64,000 nt of DNA, taken from Phoronis australis. Lineage: Eukaryota > Animalia > Phoronida. How positions within the stretch are numbered: the stretch's first letter is position 1; each line of letters opens with the position of its first letter. The stretch is taken from contig NMRA01000093.1 in the NCBI GenBank assembly GCA_002633005.1, positions 376,567 through 440,566 on the forward strand, given 5' to 3'. A model generated the notes under the pieces. The model ran no database searches. It was not told the DNA's origin and saw only the letters and a list, made by a program, of their open reading frames with translations. Of this stretch, positions 1 through 12,000 are shown piece by piece. The translations under genes and the position numbers were made by a program.

Positions 1-31
1 ATTTTTGGTTGCAGAGCACACAGTTGTAAAC
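1..31 (-). CDS. SLC18A2: VMAT coding exon 7 (partial, runs off the window)
   Basis: Acceptor TCTTTTCAG|GT. Encodes (C)LQLCALQPK, matching the LQL..LQP motif after TM6. Confidence 0.88.
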
Positions 32-3000
32 CTGAAAAGAAAATGTGTCGAATGTATTCCAAGCGATTTATAGTTTTACCATTTTAACCAAGCACGATTG
101 CGAAAACTAAATGCTTGTGTTTTGGGGTATTGCTGTTTTGTTCGCAGCTTTTTGAGACGGCGTTGGTGTAACGTTCAGTGTGTCAATTTGTTTGAAGGGA
201 AATAGAGTCGGCCCTGTGAAACGAATTTCAATTTTTTTGAGTCTAGGGAGTGTATTAGAATGACAACAAATGACTACTAGTACCCGCACACAGAGCCGAG
301 TCTTGCTTTGGGGTTCCCAAAGCACTTTATTATGGGGCCAAATTCTTAAAAGATTTGCTAACACGAACTTGAAGTCGGGCACTTTACCAGACTTCCAAAA
401 GAAAAATTGATATGCAGATTTCTAGAGCAAGTTTCCAGAATCACAAGATCAAAAGGGCAGTCTTAAAGCTTGCAAAGCTGTGGATTTTATACGTATTTTG
501 TTAATAAGACTATAAACTTCTATAAACTTGTTAATAAGACTATAAACTGAGGGAGGGCTCTGTTAAGAGAATTTCCTGTGGAGAGGGCAGCAATCAGAAA
601 ACCGTTAAATTCTTTGGTTTTGTATTTTGAAACGATAAATCTTTTCATATTATTTTTGGGTTCTAAAACAGAGTACATTAGGAAGTGGACGTTTTGGGTT
701 CTAAATTAGAGCACATTGGGGAATTCAAAATGGCTACAACTGAACATGAACAGTTGCACCAGCATGTTAAACTATGGAAGTATAAGAGGCGACCAGCATT
801 GTGAGACCTAAATATTAGGAGTAATTTCTAATTCAGCAGAAAAAAATAATGCTTGTCGCGAGTGTACCATGCGTGATGTGTAATATTGAACACTATTTCG
901 CCAAATACTCTGGAAAATACTTACACCCGTCAATAAGAGCGAGAGACGCCAGTATCAAGAAGGGAGCCTCTTTCCCGACAAACTCGTACATTACACCACC
1001 AAATGGCGGCCCCACTGAAAACAAAATTGCCAAATTTGGAGTAATCCAAGTACATTTAATAATAACCCTATTGATTTGAATTTGCTTACACAGAATTAGT
1101 ATTCACTGATTATCTAGCACATTTAAAATCATTGCAAGCATTTTTGCCAGTCCTACTGTATCGTAGTTACTTCATAATGTTTTCATTATATTCAATAACG
1201 GGAGTATTAGATTTTTTTCTCGCGGATTTCATAATCTGTGGCGTCACCGGGTTTTTACAGCCCAAAAGTCGCCCACCAACGTATATGAAAAACGATACCA
1301 GCGTCGCTAAGACAGAGAGATTGGTAGTAGGCGAAATCCGTTGAATTCCTGGTCATCTTCTGCGGACGACTATTGACGTTTACATTCTTACCAAACGTTT
1401 TCTTTTTACTTTGTTAAGACCTCACGATAACGTGTCTACTAATCTGTGCTCAGGACATACTATGTTTTACATGGATGACTGTGTAATCATATTTTGCATT
1501 CAACGAACCCAGTATTAAAGCCATTTCTCGAATTTTACCTCGAATCTAGGGGTCATCAATTGCGAATTTGGACAACACAGGGGTTTGCGTAATGTATACT
1601 ATATTTAAGCACAGAACAATAGGGGATTGTTTTAATTTTGTATTGAAGGAGAGTGGTAAATGACAGATATGTTTTTGAGTTCGATTTCGAGTGAAAAGAA
1701 TAGATTCCACCGAGGCCTTGGTCAGCTCAACACACGAGATGCGGTACTTTCAAACGAAAAAACCACGACGTCGTCTTGTATGATCGGGTATCAAAAGCAA
1801 TGACAAGCGATCATTTCTGCGTTTGCTAACTGGCATTCATTTCTGCTGTCTGTTTCTTGTTCTTGCGAATTGTCCCTTTACCGAATTGTTTTGAGCGAAA
1901 TGTCGATTTCCCCGACATTGTTTGAACAGTATATGTGAACCGACTCGTGAACGAGACAGTCTCGCCCTCTAGTGACTCACTGCACATTTGCTTGACATCA
2001 TGGATAATCTTTTAATTATCTGTTTGAGATACAAACCTAAAACACCAAGCGCCAACCCTCCGAGTGCTATTCCCATTGCATTTCCCCGTTCTTTATCGTC
2101 TGGGTAATATTCCGCTACCATTCCCATGCCTGCAAAGGAAATGGTAAGGTATCGATTGTGCGGTCAAAAGTTGTAGTTATCCATAGGTAATTAAATTGAT
2201 TTCCACACTTATTTATACTGATATAACACAGACGTACATTTGGTTGTCCTTAAACTAGATCTTGTCGTTGTTTGCCATAATTTATGAAACAAGTTTGGTC
2301 AGTTCATTGCTAAAATGGGATCTTTTCGTAGATTACCCTTGTACCATGAAAGTATTCGGTTTTTAATATAAAAATGTTACATCCGTTGTCCGACTGCCAT
2401 TTTTCAGTGCACCATCAGAAATTCCAAAATGTACTAAAATATATTAAACCATACTTATTATTCGGAAAAATATTCTGAAGGAACCCTATTTAAGAACAAA
2501 TTTTGACAAAATCAACTGGAGTTGATGTTACGGTTTCGAAAAATATTTTTTTAATTGAATACAATGCACAATTTTAGACAAGAGCACATAGTCTTAACGT
2601 CTATGAGTGAGCTGTTTACTGCCGTTCGACGGGGAGCCTCCAGTTAGTAGAAATCACCAAGTTCACTGTTTTGAAATACCCACGACAACACACTCTTTCT
2701 TCCTAGCTCAATTTCAAATTTTCACCCCACAGATGACTGTCATATTTTCGTCCACTTTGAGGTTATGGCCTGGGGTCAAGATATAGTATCACGTTTCCAC
2801 ATGAGAGGGTGGTGTTGGGACAAAACCATCAAAGTGACGAGCTTGTGACAGGTCGTTTCTTTAAATTTGAAACGAAAATAAATGGAATTAGGTTAGAATT
2901 AGGTTCAACATATTGTTATCAAATCTAAAGCCAAAGAAACGTTTTGAAGAATACAATGCTATCAACGCGTTCCAACCCACTTTCAAGTGTGAACGCGCGG

Positions 3001-6000
3001 GCTTAATTCGGTAATTTGTAATAGCTGATCGGAAGATAACGTCACACTTCTTTCAGTTGCAACCGCTCTATAGTTTGCCATGATCACGAGTATCTAAAAG
3101 TGATTACTCGCGTTGTATCACCCAGTCTCTGTAGTGGATCGCCGATGCAACTTAAATCATCTCTTGCAAAATAAAATGTTGATTTTGCTATTTTCCTGCA
3201 CCTACCACACGTGCTAGAACAAGCCGATCCAATTCCCTGCACTGCCCGAGCCAAAAATAACACCCAGTAGTTGGTACCAAAGGCAAAAACTGAAAATACA
3301 GACAAATGTTAATGATAACAAATTCGCATTCTTCATGAAGGCGGAGCATACATTAACGACTGCACTGGTGTGTACGTAACGTCCTGTTATAGTCATTCGG
3401 ATCAGTTGCTTCCACATTACGAGTTAGAACAAGACGTAATTCGAAGATTTCAGATTCGGCGCTCTGTCGTTTTTCAAGTGCATAACTGGACGGTTGCTCG
3501 TAAACATACATGTAAGGTGACATCAATAAAAACTCAGTGAATTGAAAACAATACGACGAGCAGCAGCACTTTTCACTTGAGCTCGCCATAGTTGAAAGTG
3601 CGGGACCATTGCAAAATGTTTTGGTACTAGTGTCACTGAACAGCTGGAACATAAAATCGAAGTAACCTACAAAGGCATCGAATGAATAAGTTGAATTTAG
3701 GAAATCTTTTCGAGAAATATTCTCGGGGAACGCGCCAACCGATCACAACTGAAATTAAACCTCGCCACTTAACACGTTCCGTAGACCCAAGAAACTCTCG
3801 AGAATGCAAGATTACGAATGGGGCGATCATTCTAGATTTACTCGCTAACTTCGTCTAGTTTTATACATGTCTTCAATGTTTCCAGTTTACGTTTACTAAA
3901 CGACAGCTGTCCCACAATGCACTTGAAAAACTAGCGTCAGCGCCGCTCGCAAGGAAGTTTTGCCGTGGATGAAATCCCCCGAATTACTGAAATCGTTACA
4001 ACTTGCATTCTGTAACGACCCCACATCTAGAGAATTGCTTGTGAAATGATGATGACCGGAACGCAAAAATCCGTGAGTTGGCTTCAATAAACGTGTTTTG
4101 GCTTTCCGAAATGTTCTCATTAACCGGAAACCGATATAGTCCCCCGTCCAGCCTCTAATTACGTCATCGCAGTCAACCTCTGTTTTGGAAGAATTGACAG
4201 TTCGTTGGGGGTTCCGTCTATGTGATTCTTATAACAAAGTATTGTCGCTTCAATTGAAAGTTGCATTTGTCGCTGTTGTATTTAGCAGTGAAGTAAAGTA
4301 CGCCATTTCAACTATCAAACCAAAAATAATGAATAATTCCATACCTAACTCGGTCAGAAGTGTGAGGATAGGTCGGGAAAAGAAATATGTTTTAATAAGG
4401 GCGGCCTTTGTCTGTGCCTATTTATATGGGGCTGGCATCTCTTTCCGGCGTCAGCTGCTGTATCTTGTAAATGCTTTGCAGGATCTTAATGGTTTGGCAG
4501 ACGTGTATCTAAAAAGCAAACTATAACGAAGTTCTGGCCATCCGACTACCACTCTGCTCCCTAGAGGCAATTTTATTTTTTATGTTTGCCTCTGTATCTT
4601 TTGAGTATATCGGTGGATTTAAATGAACCTTTGCAAATATGTTTCTACTAAGAAGGCGATGACGTCTTCCAATTTTCGGACGGAATTAACTTGTTTTGCG
4701 CCACCTGCTGGACACCTGGAGTACGTTTTTGTCGTTAGCCTCTCTATCCCCTTACATTTCACCTTGGCAGATTTGTTCCTGATAAGGAAACCGCAAGTGT
4801 CGTTTATTTTCGGACGGATTTTACTGCTCTTGCGCCCCCTAGTGACAATTTTGTATTTTTGCGTCCATAGCTGTATCCTCAAGTCTTTGGAGGATCTTTT
4901 TGAAACTTGGCAGTTGCATTCCTGCGAAGATGAAAACGAGTTTCAGACCAATCCAACTACAACTGTGCCCCCTAGCGCATGGCAATTATATATTTTTACG
5001 TTTGCCTCTGTCATTTCAGTTGCGGGTAGATTTTCGTGAAATTTGCAATAGGTTCCTATTAAAGAGACGACAATCCTTTGTCATTGTCGGGCGGATTCGG
5101 CATGCTCTGCCAATTTTATCATTTCGATATCCGTCTTTGGCGTTCGCCTCTGTGTCCGCCAAACTGCTCAGAGGAGTATTACTTTACTTAGCAGTTGTGT
5201 TCCTGATGAGAAGACCATGGCTGATGCTGATTTCCGGACGGGTCTAAGAACTGTGGCAGCCCCTTGTGGTGATTTTGTATTTTTGCGACCATGGTTATAG
5301 GTCCACTAAATGTGAAAACGACTGTCCATGACTTTTTGGACGCCTCTGACTATCACTGTGCCCTCTACAGGCAATTTTAGTTATCGCGTTTGTATCTTTG
5401 ATGTCCCATAGTGGATTTTCGGTAATTTTGGCAAATAGTTTTGTAATAGAATGACGACAACATCTTCTCAACTTCACACGGGTTCCACGTATTCTGCAGC
5501 ACGCAAAGGTTATTTCTGTGATATTAAAATCACTCCATAAGGCACACAGTTTGAGGTACAGTAGTGTCTGCATTTCAGTGCTCCGCGTTTCTTTTGTAGT
5601 ATTAAGTTGCAACACCATCGACTTTTGTTACTCTGCGGCCAGTCTCCAATGAATCAGCAAGCTGGAGAGCAAAGCTTGAGATTTAAAAGTGAATCTTCAG
5701 CTATAGTACGAAAGCAAAGTAAAGCAACTTCTGCATATTTAATGTAATAATGAAAACAAAATTAATTCCGTCGCAAACAACACTGCCTAACGAGCTCACA
5801 ATGTAGATCCCATCCACTGCAAATATAACACCGCCTGTCGCTGAACGTCCTGATCATACCCTAATGCGTTTCGTCACTATAATGATTGTCAGTGATGGGC
5901 AGTGATGGAATGTAGCTACCGTTTGTCTGTGTACATGTCTATAAGGTAAACCTGGTAAAATTTGATCAAATTTGATAAGCGTGAATCGGCAGGTCCCGGT

Positions 6001-9000
6001 TTTGGAATTAGTTAATTCTGCCAGAAGATGAACCAGTTTCGCAACGATATGTAAAGTAACTATGATAGAGATATTCTAATGAAACACACGATGATGTCAC
6101 CATGAGTCTAACCCCCCTCCCTATGCCATAAATCATCATCTTTCACACCCTCCCTCTAGTGATGAAGCAATATGTGAATGCTCCCTTACAGCAATGAAAC
6201 CACGCAAGCTTCAGAATAAGAGAGGCGCATCAATTAGCCATAACTTTATCAAGCAGCATACGCGTCCGTGTACGAACAGTCATTGCTGACTTGGCAGTCG
6301 TTTTCAAAAGAACGTTTCCGGTACAATTGCTGCCAGGCATGATGGCCATACTCGATGTTTGTTGTGTAATAACCTCGCATTGATTCTGGGAATGTTCCGA
6401 TAACTTGAAGTAGCAAGTCGGTTTATTATAATATATGATTGACAGCTAGTTCGCGATTGTTATTCAGATGAACAATATTGATAAAACCCTATTACTGCTA
6501 CGACCGGTTGAGGACAAACTTCGTTGCTTTGCAAATGAACTTGTAGCCTTGATCCTGCCCCCAGCTTACAGTCGGCTTCGTGCAAGCTTATAATACATTC
6601 AAGTTCATGAGTATATTCACTTCCTTATTTAGAAAGTCATATGAGTTGGTTATCCTGAAGGTATCGTTCAGTGCTGTGCGTTATTTCGCATTATCACGAG
6701 TACGGTATACGCCAGACGGTGAGAGCTTAAAGACGTTGCCGTTACTCAGCGGACATGAACATAAAATTAACAGAAAAGTAAAACACAATTATATTACGAT
6801 CAGATGATCAATGTGTTGGGAGGGCCAGCATCCGCTGCATAGACGTTGCACGACGTCATTTCCATGACCAATCACGAGTCAGAATAAATCGGAGCCGTCT
6901 AGTCTCGCTATGGTGGCCGCGACCAAAATATTAAAATTTTGGGGTAGGCCAAGTTTGGGGGCACTTTGTAGGTCAGCATTGCATGTAGTCTCAGTGAATG
7001 TGGTTTGTTTGTGTTTGTGAACATGTGAGAATACAAAAGGCTACTTGCTCGGCTGTAGCTGCACTCTTCTTCAAGATGGTGGCCCCCTGTTGCAACTGTG
7101 CATTGCTGTGTAGCAAATGAGAAATTGGCCGCGATTTCAGGTAGCCCTCAAACAAGCCAGATTTGCAAAAAATAGTTGGTTGACAGTACTTTTGGACCAC
7201 ATTTTTGGAATCGGTAGGACATTTGCTTTCGGAATCTATTGTTGGCTTTAGTCGAGCATCTGCAGGGAAGTGGTGGTTTTCGGGTGAAAAGGGCCGATTT
7301 TGCATTTTTGTCCCTATTTTTCTTAGTCTAGCTTGGTTTTCAGTGGAAGCAAAAGGGTCAAAAATACAAGAAAGAATAAAGTTGCTGTGCTCATCTGTAG
7401 GGCTTGTAGTGTGAAATGACTCAAAACTTTTCTTTATTTCCATGCAGTTTTTGACAGAGTGAAGAAATGGTGAAGAGTCCATTGACTCCATTGTTCTGGT
7501 ATGCAAACCCCTCTGAGAATTGTTCTGTCCCTCCTATGGTACCACAGGCACCTTTAATTAGCCTTCGGCGATATACTATAGTAAAGAGAAAGGTATACAA
7601 CTGCTATCCAATATGGCCGCTCGCCAGACACTTCCGAAACAGCTCCAGGCATGTCAAATCTCACAGAAATTTAAGTCAAACATTTTATCTGCGACATCAA
7701 CACGTTCACTTCTATCATTTGTTGAAATAGAAACCAATAAAAAACAGACATACCTCCACATTTCCCGATTTCAATTGCCAATATTCACGGCAAAGAGTAG
7801 TGACAAAAATATCCATGGGTTGCAACTAATGTGCATGCTCACAAGGCCGCTGACAACATTTTCAGAACGCTTTCATCAGCTAAAAACAGCAACATTATGT
7901 ATATATTACTCCAGGAGCACGCTGATTGGGTACAACAAAAATAGGTCAAACTTTTAAGTGGCCTTTCAATTTGTCTTCCAACCATGTGTTTATAACCTCG
8001 TCACTTGCGGTCGAACCCTGGTCGCCTGGACATGATCGTAAATTACCGTCAGAAGCATCTGTGTTTCCTCTGCCTCTAATGTTGCTGTTTTAAGTTTATG
8101 TAAACTTTCTGAAAGTGTTGTCAGCGACCTTGTGAGCATGCGCATCAGTTGGCACCCGTGGATGTTTTTTGTCACTACGCTTTGCCGTGAATGTTGGCGA
8201 TTAAAATCTAAAAATCTGGAGGTTATGTATTGTTTGTATTGGTTTCGATGTCAACAAATGGAAGTAGTGAACGTGTTGATGTCGCAAATAAAATGTTTGA
8301 CTTCAATTTCTGAGAGATTTGGCATGTTTGGAGCTGTTCCGGAAGTACCTGGCGGGCGGCCATATTGGATAGCAGTTGTATACCTTTCTCTTTATACTAT
8401 CGTCTGGGGCTGATCAAAGGTGCATGTGATGGTACTAGAATAATTAATGGACGGGGTCATTGCTTACTTAACTTTATACCAGATAATCAGCCTGGCATGG
8501 TCATTACAACCATTGATAAACCCATTTTGTTGGTCAACGCGTGTTGATTAACCGAGGCCGTATTCGAACCCGCTTCACTTAACTTTCGAGTAAGGACAGC
8601 CGTCGCCTTAGCCACTGAGTTATTCAATAGCTGACGTCATCTTTCGTGAAAACTCAATAGTTGAATGAGGACGTACAATAAACGCATGTTCAACAAACCG
8701 CATTGTACGCGTACTAATCAATCAATCACCTTAACTTCTGAAAAAGTTCACACTGAAGACCACCATGCCAAAGAAGCTCTGGCACCGTTGGCCATAACTA
8801 TCTACTTATTATAAAGGCTTCCGCATATCTTAAAGAGGCATTAAAACCGTGATTTCTGTCTATAAATTTTGGTTTAGGCCACTATCGATATAAAATTATA
8901 CTTTACTGACAATTCGATATGTTTCCAGACCAAGCTCATAAAATTTCAGATCATCTGAAATTTCATGAGCTTGGTTTACAATCTGCAAATTCTTTTCAAG

Positions 9001-12000
9001 TCCATAAATTACGCCTTTCTACTCATGGCTTTCATAAAGGAAGTAATGAAGAGTAAGTGGACTTACTTATTGTGGAAACGAACATTATGACAAAGCCCGT
9101 AAACATAGGCACCGTGTATCCCACTCTGAAATAAAAAGACAAAGTGACATCAGGCGCAAACGAAGTATCACCGATACAAAAATAAAGACAACGATGCCGG
9201 CACCTATACAGGACTGGGACCCGAGTTTATGAGTGAATCTAGTGAGGTCACGTGCTTTGCTTGAAACTCGCTCCCACAACGCAGCCCAGGGATGCACTCC
9301 ATAAACGCTAGAAAATCACGAAAAAGTAAGATCACCTAAAATCACGCGTGCGAGATATATGTTCGAGACCGTGCTAGCGCACCGCGGTAGCGTAAATGCG
9401 GCAATAGGAGTGATTCGTCGGTAAGTTGAATTATGTGATGGAATTCAAATTCCCTAAGTGAAGATTTCTTGCCACATGTGCGTCGTGGATGTCTTGAATC
9501 TATGAACACCGTTCGCGGCTATTCCGCGTTCTTATTGTAATCTTACAAAATATTTCAACAAATGATAGCAGTGTTATTCAGCTACTGCATGGGATTATCG
9601 TAAATTCCTTTAGTTATTTTACAACAACCTATCAAGACGAAATAAGACCTTGATGATGATCATGACAGTATCTTCCTTTTATTTGTCATTTTTGAGAGTG
9701 GGTTATGCCAAGGTTACTTTGAAGTTTTTAACAGGAGGATTCTTCTTTAACATCTCTTTTGTTTTCAAGTTTCTATTATGTAAGTGAAGAACTGGAGAGC
9801 TGTACATCCAAATAATCACAGTAGTAGCAATAGGCTGACGTCATCCACATTGAAAGAATCGGCCATGTTTGATTATTAGAATTGTTTAAATATTGCTATT
9901 TCCAGGGTTCGAATTTGGCACAAATTAAGGGGCGCATAATCCTGTTTTTTAACTTCACTTGCAAACAATTTTGTTTTAAAACTTTTGCTTATGGAATTAA
10001 AAATTTGAATTCTACCCATGGCTGTGCCTGTTTTTTAGGCAACTATAATTGTTCACGGTTTTGCAAATGCGTGAAAACTACAACACAAACATTAGTTAAA
10101 ACCACTCTCTAGAAGAATTACAATTTGAATTCTAGAGGCTCATTAAACCAAGCCTACACTGTAATGTAAATGGACATGTTGACCCTCATGAGGCATACAA
10201 TGTAAACTTACTTAGCTGTGTATTTTTGGATTTGGTGTATCAATCTGATTATTATAAATTCTGTTCAAACATGTTGACATTCTTTCCAGAGGATACGCAA
10301 TTCCGAAAACGAGTTGCTGAACTTCATTAATTCAAGACGATTGCGTTAATCAACACACGGTGATAAAAATTACATTACAGTAAGTACTGTTTTATGTATT
10401 TTTACTCATCGTGTCATCACTGAATTTTTATGTGCCTGCAAAAGGATATATCTAGGTGCTTATTGCCGTCATCACTGTCTGGGCGTACGGCGTCCGCTGC
10501 TATACCTCCTAAGCCCCTTGCGAGTTTTGCAGACGTGTTCCTTTCAAGATGGCGACAGATGACGACGAGATTTACCCTCTGACACAACGCCACCTATACT
10601 GAAAAGTGGCCTTGTGGAAACATGATGAACGACACACGGAATTCCGTCTGTGGGCATCAATGCGCATGCTTGGTCGGAAGTTTATCGATCACATCGCCAC
10701 CACTTTCACATACCTTTTATCCAATGTATTTTTGGGCTTAGTTACGGGATCGGGGTACCCTTGATTTTGTTTGCTTAGATTTCTGCCCATTTTAATATAT
10801 TACAACTATTCAAGTCAAATTTGGTCGCCATACTACGTAACAGTAAACTGAAAGGGGTTTCCCAGAGTTCAACCTATGGAAATGACTGGATTTTTATGAC
10901 GTCGGTTTCATTACTTCATCCAATGAGAAGCCATGATAAACAACATTCCACAGTGCTACGAAAGGTAGGTACCTTTCGTAGCACTGTGAAAGAGTGTAGA
11001 CGAAATTCGGACGAAACCGATAGTTAGTGTGCCCTGTAGTGGCAATTCGATTTTTTCACGTTTGCTACTGTATCTTCGGAGCTCAGAGTTCACAATAAGA
11101 AGATCACGGCTGACGCTGGATGGGTCCAAACAATGGTGGCGATTTTGTTTTTGCGTCCGCGGTTGAATCTCATTAACCCTTCAAAGGAGGTTTGTGAAAG
11201 TTGACAAACGCGTTCAGTCTATGGAGTTGCTAACGGGTTATTGACTTTCGGACGGATCTGAATACCACTGTGTCTCCTAATGGCAATTTGTTTTTTTTGC
11301 ATTTATGTCTGAATCTTCACAGTTCAGCAATGATTTTATTTTCATGAAATTCAGCAAATACGTTTATGTTAAAGATGCTATGTCTCATTAAATTGTGAAT
11401 ATGCAATGCAGTAGTAGTTTTGACGAACAACCGCGAGCCTTCCGATGTGCCGGAAACCATCTGAGAACCAGGAACCATTGCAATCTCGCAAAAGTCTCGT
11501 TTTGCGAGTCTATTTTTATGTAAATGAGTATGGAAAAATGTCATTTTTACCCTAATGAAACAAGACACAGTTTTTATTATTAGTTCATTTCACTTTCAAA
11601 TAACAATTGCGTAATAGTTGGAATTACTAGGGTTTTTCTACATGTATATATTCACACTTGTTTTTCATTGTATCAGTTGTGGTGTTCTCTTTATAAATGC
11701 TTTTTATTTACAAATTGTTTCCTTTTCTGGTTATACTTGTTCTCCAGGAAGTCACAAGGTGGAGCTTTCTACAAATTTAAATACTCATGGATTTAATGAG
11801 ACAAAGCATCTTTAAGAAGACAACTGCGTAATGAAGACTGTTGTCAAACGCACCAAAACATCAGCAAACTTCGAATTTGGTCCTTCTTGACAACAGATCT
11901 TTGGCAGAGTTCGAGAGGGTGAACCGGGAAGAAAATGGAATTTTCACGGGGACAATCACTTTAGTTGTGATCATTTTACTAGTGCACCCTTTTAAGGTGT

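Noticed and set aside
6991-7506. 171-aa ORF
   Set aside because: It lies within a dispersed repeat whose other copy (44650-45830) is split and rearranged, and it has no recognisable domain.
8550-8620. tRNA gene (GGTTCGAA B-box)
   Set aside because: No complete cloverleaf; it is part of a dispersed SINE-like repeat.
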